Shown here one piece after another: positions 26,875 through 41,300 of a stretch of DNA of 64,000 nucleotides. The DNA comes from Auanema rhodensis (lineage: Eukaryota > Animalia > Nematoda): contig OZ059896.1 of the NCBI GenBank assembly GCA_964057225.1, positions 7,750,001 to 7,814,000 of the forward strand. Reading direction: 5' to 3'. The notes beneath the pieces are model-generated. The model worked only from the letters and a program-made list of their open reading frames with translations, searched no databases and was not told the origin of the DNA. Both the position numbers and the translations under genes were made by a program. Within the stretch, counting starts at the first letter, position 1; each line of letters opens with the position of its first letter.

Positions 26875-29657
26875 ATATACATATATATTGGATTTATATG
26901 ATCGATATTCGTTATTGTCGTAGTATATACAGGGTCAAACAGTAAGTAAGTTACTTCAGGCTATACACTTAGGTACAAAGATCTTTAATTCGCGAATCAA
27001 AGATTATAACTCAATATTCTATATACCTTTATCAGAACTATACATTACTGTATTATATCTATATATATATATATATAGATATATCATCACAAGAATATCT
27101 ATGAACTGCTTGGTAGTTCATAGATAAGAATTCGCTTATTCTGACAACTTTTTTATTTCTAGAATAATCAGTTGATCATGAAAATTTTACATTTTTTCTT
27201 TTCTCATTACTATGTTGTAGATTGTGAAATAATTTTTTAATATATTTATATGTTTCTTTTAAGATAAATTAGGCTACAAAGTTTGCTCATCTCTTATTAC
27301 TTTCTCTCCTGCAATTGTTTTGTTCCTATTGTCTTAACAGATGACCTCTTCATAATTACATTGACAACATGCGTCATGCTGGTTCGAATAACATTTCCTA
27401 ATATAACTTGGACATTCTTCATCTTTTTTTTTTCTTTTTCTCTCTATCTATTTACACATAGTTTACCTTTACTTTCCTTTTACATTCAAAAATCATCCAC
27501 ATTTTATTGTTTTTTTTTTAAACAAAAAAATGTAATTTTTCATTTTGATGGCCTTATTTTAGATTGCTTGAATGTTGTTTTTTTTCATTAAAATGTTCAT
27601 CAAATGTGATCAATTTTTTTTGTATTTTTGCTCAGTTAGTGTAATTCTTCCTTTTTTTTTGTTTTACCTTTATTCTTCTTGCAGAGAACTCTCTAATTTC
27701 ATATAAAATAGTTCTCTATCAATATCAAGCTCATGATGGTTTGTAATTGTTGAGACATAACTTGTATGAAATCAAACTGCTTGTCGTTTCTTCCGGAAAT
27801 CTTTTGAGAAAAAAAGAAAGAATTTAACGGATTGAACAAGGCTACCTATCAGTCGTAACAGACTGAAATAGTTGTCTCGTTTGCAGAACTGTTCTACGAT
27901 CTTGCCTATCCATACTATTTCATTTTCTTTCTACATTTCGTTCATATCCTCTGTCTATTTCTATCATCTTTTCTATATTTTTTGGGCTTTCTTGTCTATG
28001 AAACAATATAAAAATTCATTTTCCTTAAAACATACGATGATCTGATTTTACATTTCCTATTTCCCTTTTGTTGTATATAATCTATTTTATATTCATTTGT
28101 TTTTTTGTTGTCTCAGTTTAGTCAATTATTCTTGTTCTCTATCTCTCTCGAACTTTTTCTTCTTCCTTTGTAATTATGTGAACATGGTGTGATGTATGAC
28201 CTAAGGTACCAGATATAATCCCTTTGGCAAGACAACGTGGGCGGGTACACTCTGGGTACATGCGAACGTAAAATGACCATAAATGGACGCAGTTCGTGGA
28301 CGAGCCATTATTGGTCTGGTTGACTGACTGTCGGACGGACGTTAGTTGCATCTCCAATCCCCATTCAGGATCTTCAAAATTATTCTTAGTTTCTTCATTA
28401 TATGTTTATCTATACCATTCTGTCTTCTATACACAGTTTAAAAGAATTTCTCTTTAACTATACGATGTAGGTTTATGTTATAAACCGAATATACCGCATT
28501 AGAGTTGGTTTTTAAGAAATTTTTCTCAAGCATTTTCGTTTCTTCTTCTCTCAATTTTCATGATTTGATACGTTGCTCCGGGCTAGCCGAGATCAAGAGA
28601 AAACCTTTTTGATCACTTTGACATCATTTTCGTCACAGGTCATCAAACAGAAGAAGTAGATATGTCATTTCGTAGTAGCTCCACCTTCTCAGACTATCAG
28701 ACTATGCCAGTCATTACAATCAGCTTCGTCGGCTTGGCTACCGGTCAGATAGAGTGATCTTAATGGTTACGCTGTTGTGCCCGTTTCATTTCTATTTCTA
28801 TTGCAAGTTTGGCATGTTTCTTTGATCCTCTGAACTTTTGAATTTATCGTGGACTTTTTCTGAAGAACTGTTTCAGATCACAGTTCTAAACTGTATAGTT
28901 TGATGCAAGTTTTACCATATGTCTTGGAGCATTCCCTACCTGATGGAATACTGTCTTAATATATTCTCTAAAAACGTCTCATATCTCTCTCTTCCATGTT
29001 TTTCTAACATTTTTGTTTAGCCATGTATATCCCTATCCCTTATCCTCGATGTTCTGATGATATGTCCATGAAGTTCAGGTCCTATTTCCTTCTTTTGCGC
29101 TGTTTGTCTACGATAGCATATAACGCAACGCTCATTATCTCACATTCCTTCACCGTCCTCTATCCGTGGTCGTCTTCTTCTTCGCCTTCGTTGTATGTAC
29201 GTCCCCCTCCTTTATTATCAGCATCGTCGTCTTCTTTGCTGTCATCATCATCATCATCATCAGCAGCAACGCTGGAAGACTTCAGTGATGTGTGTTGTGT
29301 CCTATCAGGTCTTTTCCGTCGTTACAACTAGCTCGGCTCTTGTACTTGTTTTTTCTCCATTTACCTTCATATTCCAAAATATTTGATCTCACCGTCTTCT
29401 TTATCATTACTCTTGCCTTTCATGTATAGTTGTCGACAATATCGGCGACGGGAACGACGACTGACAACGAGATCCTAGTGACAGTCGTAGTTATTACCGT
29501 TGTCATTGTCTCATTTCGCGTTCTCCTGTTTCCGTTAAACTTTTGGATTTTTTCCAGGAGCAGTAGCACTAAGCAGAAGCAGAAAGCAGAAAGCATCGAT
29601 AGTTCTTCAGATAGTTGTATAACGTTTTGACAAAGAAGAGCCACAAAAGTTTCCGCA

Positions 29658-32220
29658 ATGGTTATGTCACTATGGTCTTTTGCCGGCTTTCGGCTTTTCA
29701 TGATTGGCTGGATTCTGACATCTTTAACAAATTTTCCATCAGCTTATACACATACATCTATTAACACGGCCGTAATTCAGCTCAACAACTATCTTAACGA
29801 TTCCGTAACTGAACGTTTTCGTCCACTTCAAATAGAAGAAGTTAGTTTATTTTTAAATTAAATAATAATTAATTATATGAAATATATTTAATTAGAATTG
29901 AATATATTTCTTTTTTCAATTTTTTTATCCAAAAATCTCTTTGATCTTATGAATATCTATTTTAGGTATCATTGATCAAATCAGGTGTGAATAGTGTCTG
30001 GTATTTGGGGCAAATTGGCGGTGCCATTATTAGTCCAATAGTTTGTGATCGATGGGGTCGTAAAAGTAAGTTGAAAAGATTAGACAATGACAAAGCCAAA
30101 ATATTTTTCTGCTCGTGAAAACTAAAAATTTGAATTATTTATGAGAAATAATGATAATAATAATAATATTATACTTTAGTTGCTTTCATCGTGTCTATCT
30201 TCATTATGACTGCAGCCTTAGGCATTCAGATGTTAGCATCTTTAACACCATATGTTGAAGTCAGTTACCTATTTGATAATGCCTTTGAAAGAGTTAATGT
30301 TTTGAGATTCTTGTCACAGGACGTATTATAACATCCATATTTTCTCCATTAAGTGATGCAGCTCTTATGCTCTATCTACAGGTGAGATTTGATGTATTAC
30401 GGTAGTCATCTGACTGCCTGCATCGATTCAGGAAATATCTCCAGCAAGTTTGCGTGGAACGATGTCATCTCTGTACTCTTCCGGATATGCTGTGATGTGC
30501 TTAGTTGGTATGATTGTTGGGCATGAGTACGTGTTAGGTATGGCAAATGGATTTTCAATGTTTTTTCTTGGAAAACCGGTGTCTTTTACAGGTCACTCTC
30601 TTCCTCTTCTCTTCTTCGTTCCAGTAGTGCCCGGATTTGCGTCTTTCGTTTATCTGCTTTTTATTCCAGAGACACCTAAGTATCTCATCTTAAAAAGGTA
30701 ATCAGGTTTAGATGAAATTTCAATCATTAAAATTGATCTGTTTTTAGAAATGACAAAGAGGAAGCTATCAAAGCTTTACACTATTTCCAAGGTACTGATG
30801 CTGATGAAACACAACTTTTGGTAGCCAATCAGAACTCTAATGATCCCATTAAGGAATCATCTATCTTTGCTCTACCTGTAATCAATAAGAGACACATGAA
30901 CATCAATTATTGATTTGAATTTCAGAAGCTGTTAAGAGAACGTCATCTGATGAGAGCTCTCAGCATGTCTGTAGCTGTGCTCATTCTAACTCTTCCATTC
31001 TATCCAGTCCTTCAAAGCAGTACCTTCTTCTTTACCCAATTACATGTTCCAAAGTAAGTTTATAAGATCGAAAAGCAATAAAATATATTTTCCCTTCAGT
31101 GCCATCGCTCAATGGTCTTCATCTTTATTGATGGTTCTATTAACAATCTGCTGTTTAATATCTACTGGCATAGTTGATAAACTTCCTAGAAGGTATTCAT
31201 CATTTTTATTGAAAAATAGTTTTGCAAGAACGTTGCTGGTGTGCCGTTGACGTCATTGTGGTCCAGTCTTGACCGTCTTGATGTTCTTTATAAATCATGA
31301 AACGCTTATTTCAATTCAAATACCATCAATCATCATTAAGTTCTTCGTATCTTATCTCGGTTGCTTTTTAGATTCATGCTGGTAACTGCTGGTACATGTA
31401 GTGTCGTTGCATTATCGTTGTTCGCTGTGGCTTCTGTATTACAACTCAAGTATCTGGCCGTTGCAGCAATGTTCACCTTCATTCTCTCCTATGGGTCTGT
31501 TTACAAATTGATTAAAACTATTTTTGTGGACGAAGCGGACTAAGAGAGATAGAAAGAGAGACAGAAAAGAAAAGTTTTGAAAACTGAAATTTGAAATTAT
31601 TGCCTTCCCAGACTGTTCTTTTGAACAAATTTTTGGAAAAAAACAGAACCGACTGACGCGACGATGTCTTTCTGATTCCGCGTGAAATTTTGTGATCGTA
31701 AATTGTGGTGTCATATCTTACGTGATGTACACTTCGAAGATATGTTAAAACCGGGGACACATGATATAGATTGGAGACGTTTTGGGGGTCTAATACTATG
31801 TCTAATACTGACATCATCTACAGAAAGATATAGAACTAACTTTCTGAATTTTCAGAATAGGAATTGGTCCACTCGCTTGGATGATCTGCCCTGAATTAGT
31901 TCAGTTAGAGCATCGCTCAGTAATGTTCTGTGTATGCTACGCAGTTCATAGTTGTCTTGTTGTTATTACGAACTTCACAATCATTCCATTGTTTACGGTA
32001 AGTTCAAAATATCACGCTTAAATAAGTATATGAAGTCTTAATTTTTCTTTTTTTTTAGATTATTGGAGGATTATCATTCATTCCTGTCTATATCATTCCT
32101 AGCGCTTTATCTACGCTTTACGTCTATTTGTATCTTCCCGAAACTAAAGGACGTGAAAATCATGATATTGTGAATCAACTACGTGGCACAAAGCAAAAAG
32201 CTTCTATGCCAAAAGTCTAG
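29658..32220 (+). CDS. MFS sugar (GLUT-like) transporter, multi-exon
   Basis: MVMSLWSFAGFRLFMIGWILTSLTNFPSAY..., CDRWGRK loop, QEISPASLRGTMSS, IPETPKYL, ELVQLEHRS and C-terminal LPETKGRE motifs; multiple TM segments; TAG at 32218-32220. Confidence 0.93.
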
Positions 32221-33577
32221 ACGGGATGTTCTGAAAATGTTTTAGAAGACTTTGAATATCTACTTTTCATCATTCAATCTGCAATTTTTCGACGAATTGT
32301 TTTTTTCGGCATCATATGCTTAGCAACCGAATTGAAACATTCCAACACAATCTATGACTCTGCTTTTACTTAAAGCATCATAAACCATATATCATCGTTT
32401 TCATCATCATGCTTTCTGCTTCTTTCAGTATGTGTTTGAGGAACAATCGCTAGATGCAGCAGGTTTATCTCATCACATTACTATCCTTTTTCTGCTACTG
32501 CTCACCCTCCCCCTTTGCCCTTTTCCTTACATGTTTTGCTGGTTCGTCTTCCAGAATCTGAATGTTTGCTGTATTTCAGCAGCATTCGCTCTCTGAACTT
32601 TCAAATCTTTTTTTTCTTTCTTTTCAGCTTCCATACTAGCACTCGTGCTGCTTGCCAGCCAGTCACAAAGGTCTCAATACTTATAAAACGATTGATTTCT
32701 CAAGCAGCTTTTGCTCAACTCATCATTACATTCAATGGTTAGCATATGTATTTTTTATTTTTGTTTGTATCACTTGACGATATTGGCTAAGCCTGATGCC
32801 AGTTTTCATATCTGACTACTTGATATAGTTAGTCCCCTTCCTGAAGCTTGAATTGGCTGTACTTCCTTACCTTAGTCATAGGTTTTGCCTCTCATATGCT
32901 TCATCCTCTCTTTGTCTGACCTATAGACTTGAGTTCCAATACAACTAGCTAAAGCTAAAATTACTGACATTTAACTCTGACTTGACTGAAATGACTGACT
33001 ATGTTTTTTTTTCTGCAACACCACTCGTGTCCGACTGAATGAACGTTTTTTTAGATTATTTTGATTGTAATTAGTTAGTCGATAAGTAGATTAGCTTTCT
33101 GTTTTATGTCTTTCGAGCTAATTTATACTTATATCAATGATATGACTGATACAGTTTGTGCTTTTTAGCATTTTGACAATGTCACATGTCGTGAATAAAT
33201 GTTGTATCAACTAAAAAATCAGTTATTTGTTCTATATAATATGCTTAGTTCTTAAATAATTTCAGATTATATAACAATAATAATTATAAAAAACAAAAAA
33301 CAATAATAAATAATGAATAACAGTAAAGACAATTAGAAAAATATTGTAAAATTTATTGATAAAGTATACATAACATAGTTATATTTTATGTTATTTATTT
33401 TAAATGTATAATGTTTTATGAAACATACAAATATACATGTTTTTTCCCTTTTTTAATTGAAAAATATAAATATTTATATATCTACAGTTGCTTAAATTGT
33501 ACATAATTGTACTAATTATATACATATAAATTGATAAAATAGCCTATTTTCTATTTATTGACAGTTATAACTTACTG

Positions 33578-34593
33578 CATTTTCATGTGAAAAGTCAAAA
33601 AAATGAGGTAATTCTAGCTTTTTTTGTCGTAAAAGTGGGAAGAAAGGACAATATCCAAAGAAATTAATTGCTAGTTTAGCTGTTTGAAGTGGGAACTTGC
33701 AAGCCATCAATGGATTTGTTCTTATTTTATGGAATCACTAAAGAGATTTAGGCATGTCTATCTGGTAATGTTTCTCTCATAAAAACACCATTAAAATTCT
33801 TGATTCCTAGCTTTTCTACAAGATTTATTATGTAAAAATTGGTCAAAGGGCTTCAGGTTTTCTCGAAGAGTAATAATAGTCATTTAATATTTTTGAATAT
33901 ATTGAGGAATTCTAAACCTAATTCACCTAAAATGTTGATCAAATAACAATTATGACTGAAGAAAAGGAGATGAAAAGAAGGTTAAGAGATACAATGAGAA
34001 GGATTAACAAAATCCAAGTAATAACATTAATATTAACATTACAAATAAAGTTAATTGATGATGTTTGATTAAGATTCATATTCATTTTCATGTGAAAAGT
34101 CAAAAAAATGAGGTAATTCTAGCTTTTTTTGTCGTAAAAGTGGGAAGAAAGGACAATATCCAAAGAAATTAATTGCTAGTTTAGCTGTTTGAAGTGGGAA
34201 CTTGCAAGCCATCAATGGATTTGTTCTTATTTTATGGAATCACTAAAGAGATTTAGGCATGTCTATCTGGTAATGTTTCTCTCATAAAAACACCATTAAA
34301 ATTCTTGATTCCTAGCTTTTCTACAAGATTTATTATGTAAAAATTGGTCAAAGGGCTTCAGGTTTTCTCGAAGAGTAATAATAGTCATTTAATATTTTTG
34401 AATATATTGAGGAATTCTAAACCTAATTCACCTAAAATGTTGATCAAATAACAATTATGACTGAAGAAAAGGAGATGAAAAGAAGGTTAAGAGATACAAT
34501 GAGAAGGATTAACAAAATCCAAGTAATAACATTAATATTAACATTACAAATAAAGTTAATTGATGATGTTTGATTAAGATTCATATTCATTTT
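33578..34593 (+). repeat. 505-bp tandem duplication (2 units)
   Basis: 33578-34082 appears identical to 34083-34587; CATTTT microhomology at the boundaries. Confidence 0.95.
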
Positions 34594-34919
34594 TAAGGAA
34601 AAAAAAGAAAGAATCAGAATTGAAAGAATAAGGAAACAAGACGAAAGAAAAGGAGATTGTGAAAAAGAAAGAAAAGAGGTGGAATGGATAGAAAAGAAAT
34701 AAGCAGACATGAAAAGAAAAAAAAAGCAAAATCAGAGGGTATGAAGGAAAGTAGGCAAAAATGAGAGAGGAAGAGAGGGAGAGCGAAGAAGAGAGAGAGA
34801 AAGGAGGGGAAATGAAGAGAAATTGAAAAAAAACCTAAAATTGAAAGAAAAAAAAGGCTCGAAAGGCCATTGTCATGAAATAGAAGCTGAATGATATATG
34901 AGCATTAATACGAATTATG

Positions 34920-35295
34920 GACATGCCTAAATCTCTTTAGTGATTCCATAAAATAAGAACAAATCCATTGATGGCTTGCAAGTTCCCACTTCAAACAGCT
35001 AAACTAGCAATTAATTTCTTTGGATATTGTCCTTTCTTCCCACTTTTACGACAAAAAAAGCTAGAATTACCTCATTTTTTTGACTTTTCACATGAAAATG
35101 AATATGAATCTTAATCAAACATCATCAATTAACTTTATTTATAATGTTAATATTAATGTTATTACTTGGATTTTGTTAATCCTTCTCATTGTATCTCTTA
35201 ACCTTCTTTTCATTTTTTTTCTTTTCATCTCCTTTTCTTCAGTCATACTTGTTATTTGCTCAACATTTTAGGTGAATTAGTTTTAGAATTCCTCA
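34920..35295 (-). repeat. Inverted, slightly diverged copy of 33903-34263
   Basis: Reverse-complement match spanning the tandem junction, with a few substitutions and an insertion of about 15 bp. Confidence 0.92.
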
Positions 35296-36364
35296 TTTCC
35301 AAATCTTGAATTTCATTAGAAATTCAATTGAAATAAACTAATTACATATAGTTAAGTGCGGGTTTAAGACCTTTAAATAGGATATATCCTTTATATCAAC
35401 GTAGTAATATTCAATAATGAATATATAACTTTTTAAACTTTTCAAAACAAATTCTTTTTTTTTTTTAAACAGAACTTTAATCTCACAATTGGAATTTATT
35501 ATATGTTCCCCAGGAAACACATATATAATATGAAATATACACAAACATGTATAGACATAGAAAATAACTTTTATGCTTTTAACTTTCAAATATTAGTTGA
35601 AAAGAGATATTGATATTTGATGTCTTATTGAAAGAATTAGAAAAGTAGAGGTATTACTCTATATCTCTATCTTGTTATAGTTTATATATAGTTTATATAA
35701 TATTATATTGATATACCATGGACGGACATATGTGTATGTACCATTGTAAGTATTGGCAAGTTTTCCCGTAAATATCATCACAATCAATCACAAATGTATC
35801 TTATAGTTTCATATTCAATCAAATATGAAGATGATGAAAGAAAGACAAGTATTGGAACATATGAAATATCATATATCTTATCATCAATTTGAATCAGATA
35901 AGTCAATATGTATGTTATACATTTAAGTAATATCTTATAGTTTGTTTTCATGTACATATATTCATAATTGAATATTGATATTTATTCTTAAAAGAAAAAA
36001 ACCAATCGAGAACAAGGAAGAGAGAGAGAGAGAAGGAGAGAGAGAGAGAGAAATGAAGATGTACGTGAAAGAAAATTGAGGTAGATAGATGAAGACGTTT
36101 AAATGAAAAAAAAAGAAATTGAGATGGAAATACTTTATAAAAAGAGGGAAAGAATGATATAACAAGATGAGAAAAGAGGGTTAAAGAAAAATGAGATTGA
36201 AGGGGGGGGGGGAGGAAAAGAAGAGAAGAAGGAGGGGGGGGGGGATTAGTATAAATAGTGTATGTATTTGACGATGTTTGATCTCATTTAATCATATAAA
36301 AAAATAATTTTAAATTTTATATTTACCACACACATTGAAAAAATAAATTTTTAATAGTAAAATA

Positions 36365-36409
<45 letters not shown>

Positions 36410-38331
36410 TACTATACATATGCATGCATATATACATACATGAAAATATTTAATATTATAAAATAATATTTAATCGATATTTTATAAATTTTATATAATT
36501 AGTTTAACTATATATTATAAAAGTTTTTTTCTTCTCACTATTAAAAATAATTAATATTCACCATTTAAAGACTATAATATATTATTTTCTTATAAACATT
36601 ATGGCTTCATATTGTATATTCTATAGAATATTATTTCTCATATATATATATATACATTTATATTATATGTTCTATGCAAAATACTTTTTGATAATTTTAA
36701 AAATTACAAATTTATTTTTATTAATTTAAATATAAAATTTAATTTTTTTATAATAATATCTATTTTGAATATATATATATATATATATCTATATACATAT
36801 ATATTTATTTATTATAATTCTATTCTTAATCATGAATTATCTTTTAATCTTCTTTTCAATTTTTATTATCTTTTCTTCTAACCTTATTGCCTATTTAGAT
36901 GAGATTTAATTATGAAAAAAAATTTCTACTGAATATCTCATGCTTGATGATTCGAATGATATTGGATTTGTATCCCTTCTAACTACCCTCTTTCTATTCT
37001 TTTTCTTTTTTGAATTTTAAATTATTTTTTTTCAAAAAGACTTGGTTATAAGTAAAAGATCTAAGCGTTCATTTGTTTTTCCTTATACCCGGTTGATCAT
37101 TGAAAAGCTGAACATTGGTTATGTGCTCTTTTACAATTCTTATGAAATAGAGTTAGTCATCTCAAGTATTGCTTTCTCTTTTTCTTTCAAATCTCTTCCG
37201 ATGTTTCCTAAAATGAACTTTCTTCTGTGTAGCAAATTCTAATCACTAGAATAACAAGAAAATAGTCATATTTGAAAAGTGATGTTTCTAGAAGAAACAT
37301 GTAATGTCCAAAAACCTCAAAACCGCTTCGCATTGCGCTCGCGTTAAAATATAAAAAACACAATAATTTCCTTTTTTTTCTTTATTCAAGATATATTCAG
37401 TTAGTCATTCTGAGTAGAAACATGAATACATCTCGATATGTATATATCTATATGGAAACAATGAATATATGAGAATGAGGGTAAGAGTAGAGATGACAAA
37501 TAGTATTATTAGGAAAACTGAAAAAGAGAAAAAATGAAAAAGTTCAGAGAGAAGGTACAGCTAAGAGAGTAGAGAGTGAACAAACTGAAAGATAGGAGGC
37601 AGCAAGAGAGTGTTCGGATATAACAGATGAAATTTTAGGAATAGTGTGAGCGTGTAGAAAGTGTTGGATGGATGAGCAGATTGATAGAAGTACGCTTAAT
37701 AGGCAGTTAAAGCTGATCTGATCTCAAAGCAGTTTAAGCAAAAATTGCTGGCTAACTAATGAGCTTGTGCTTAGAACTAGGAATTAGACGTTTGTTAGTA
37801 AAATAAAATACATGAATGCATGAAAAGCAAAGATAGGCTTCAATGTTTTTCTTTTCTACTTTTCAAATTTTTCGATACCATAATTGAAGAAATCATGTCA
37901 AACCTCACTCGTTCCATCTCTCTCGCGGCTTTCTCTCTCTCTCTCTCTTTCTTTTAATTTTTCTCTTCTTTTTTTTTCAATTTCTCTCTGTTTCTCTCTT
38001 TGTCAGCCATTTCATGTCTTTTATGGGTAATGTAGTTTCATCATCATCATTGAGGAGCAACATCGAAGAAGCGAAAGACTCCATATGCGCTATTTCTTTC
38101 GTTTTCTTTCTTTTCGGCATCTTTTCTCACTTGCCATAGGAGTTTAAGCTTTAAGCAAGAACTCTGTATGTCTGTCCTCTCCATATATATTGGTGGGGAA
38201 GTCTACATCCAAACTTTTCCATTTCCATTTATTTCATTTTTTCTTTTTCTTTCATTGCTGCATTTTCTGTGATCTGCATCTCCTCATTCTCTTTCATATA
38301 CTTCTCGCTCCCTCCTTTATTCCTCGACTGC

Positions 38332-38335
<4 letters not shown>

Positions 38336-38395
<60 letters not shown>
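38336..38395. repeat. (CT)n microsatellite
   Basis: Near-perfect CT run. Confidence 0.95.
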
Positions 38396-41300
38396 TTCGT
38401 TCTCTCTTCCTTATCTTTTCTTTTTCCTCTCATGCACCCACGCAATCTATGCTCTTTTATGGAATCATGTCTTCATTTTCAACCTAAACATCATCATGCA
38501 GACAACGTTTTGAAACAAACTTATTATTTTTCCTGATAATTTATTATTTTTTTTTATAATTTTACTCATTTACATCTATATCATTACAATAATTATCATT
38601 ATTAGTTTGATAATCATTTTCCTACAAATTAAAATTAGAAAAGAGTAATGTATTGACGTTTATAATTTAACAGAAAGTTCAAATCATTTTATCATAGACA
38701 GACAACAGGAGCGGTTGCAAAGCTATTTTCTCTCCCTTTTCCTCATCATCTTATTTTCTTTCATTTCTTTTCCTTTCAATTTTTCTTTTTCATTTCATTT
38801 GATTTTTATTAACTTTTCTTCAATATATTTATATAAATGTATGAAGCCACCTTGATAAAACATCTGATATTGAACAGAAAAGAGATGCGCACTAAGCTGA
38901 TTTCCAATTGTTTAACAAAACTTTTTTTTTATCGAAAGAATATCTATTGAAATTTGAACATTAGACTCATATGTACATATATATCTAACTACATATATCC
39001 TTGTTGTTCATTCGTATATATGTATGTATGTCTATAGTTATAGATTTAGATGAATACTCAATGTGCACTTCTGCAAAAGAAGAATATTACAAAAAAAAAA
39101 GACATTTAACTATGTGAATAATTTCATTTGTAATCATCAACTTTTTTTTTTTTCGTTTTCTTTCTTTTTTTTTGTTGCTCTTTTGTATCAGAAACACGAA
39201 CTTGGTCATACACTTGATGATGAATAAGGGAGCAGTGAATAAGTCATGAACTCCAAAACATCATATAACATATAACAACTGAAAATTGTCAGGCTTCCTC
39301 CTTTTTTTTTTGTCATTTGCAACTGCAACCTTAACTTTATCTTTTTGCTCTTTTATTTTTCAGAAATTGCTGAACTTAGAGAAAGTTATGAATAAAATCA
39401 TGAGAGTATTCTATTTTTACTTTCCTTCATCTTTTTTATTTTTCTATTTTAATTCATTTAAATACTATTTATATTTTATTTCTATCTCATTCATATGTAT
39501 ATATGTTATAACTAACGGCTTAACACATGTGTCGTCATAGAATTCAAACTGTGAGCTCACATCAATTCAGTAACCGATTAACAGTTTCAATTTCAAAATG
39601 AATCTGAGACTTTTTAAAAGCCGAAATAACTTTCAAGAATCTCTATTAATCTAGAAAACACTTGCAAAAATGCAAATAAAAGAGAAGTTAATGATATGAA
39701 CTTGACAAATTGAGTATTTAAATAATTTTATATACGTACTATTATATAATCAAATATCATTTACTCATCATCTAATTATTTTTTTCTTAACTATATATTT
39801 ATATTTGAATATAAATTTTCAAAATCTTCAAATGTTAAATGAAAACTTGAAATATGTCTTCTTTGAGTATCATCATGATCATTGTTTGCCACATGTAGGA
39901 AACATTCAATGAGTCAGATTAGTCTTCTCACAATCTGTCAGTTCCGAATTCAAAAAAAAAAGTTTGTCTGACTCTTTTCAACCTCATTTTATGGTTTCTC
40001 TTTTTTTTCTTTTTTCTCTCTTTTTCTTCAATCTGTAAATCTCTAAATCCACGTGCCATCGGTTTTTCTTTCATTTTTATAAATGAATGCAGGACGTCAG
40101 CTGATAATTCAATTTTTATTCACCAATTTGGTTGTCTTATTATTTTCTCAAAATTACAAAGAGTGTAAACTATATATATATATATATATATATTTCTATC
40201 TATATTCATATATATATATAGTATTTAAAGGTTAAATAGTTAATATTTGATAACTGATATACATAATCTATAATATGTGTGTGTGTGTTTAGTTTGTACT
40301 TACATATTTGACCTCACTCATACTATATTCATTCAGTTAATTCATACTATATACATATATTTTCTTCTTTTTTTATTGTTATTGATAAGAAATTCTTCTA
40401 ATCTAAGGAACTTAGTGATATTAAGTCATTCAACTTCATTTTTTAATGATCATTTCTTGCAAAGTAGATCATATTTGAATGTTTTTTTTTGTTTTATTTT
40501 TAATCGTATATCAAGTCAAATATTTATATATGCTCTTTTATATAATTGAATATATTGCTTAACTAAAAATATAATTTAAATTAAAAGAAAAATATATAAT
40601 ATTTCAATTATATAATGTAGATAAACTATTAAAACCTTCAATTTATGTATATACATATATTACTTTTTTCATATATGAACTTTAAGTATGAGAATGACGT
40701 CAAATGATGAGAAGGCACATGAACATTTTGAAAAAAAAAAAAAGAAAGAAGAGAAATACATTGAAAATGAAAAAAAAATAAATATATCAGAGTTTTGAAG
40801 ATACGAGAAGGGATGAGAGAGAAAGAGATGGTGTACAACCGCTTTTCACGTGTTTTATTGCAAAAATACATTCTGGAATTCAAAATATTCTAGTACCCAT
40901 TCTAAGATGTTATTATACATATCTATTTGACTTCAAATCATATAATTTCTATTTCTAAATAATATATATATTTTTTTAAAAAATAAAAAATATTACTTTG
41001 TATTTGAAATTCTTTTGAGCTTTAGTTTTATCGCCTTTTTTTTTCTAATAAATTCATAACATCAATATCTATGAATGTTTCAAAGAATTGTGATGATTTT
41101 TAATGTTGGAATAGTCATATGTTTATAAATTTTTCTGGTTTCTATAATATGTATGTATGGCTAAATAGCCACGGAAAATGTGCAAAAAATGTTTTATTTT
41201 CCAATATTGTTCTTGATATTTTCATCAATTGAACAATGTGCTTATTTATTTTTTATTTTGATGTCATTAATTATAAATATATAAGTATAAGTATATAATA

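Noticed and set aside
32787-32795. CTAAGCCT resembling a TTAGGC telomerase template
   Set aside because: An 8-nt match is expected by chance and has no supporting structure.
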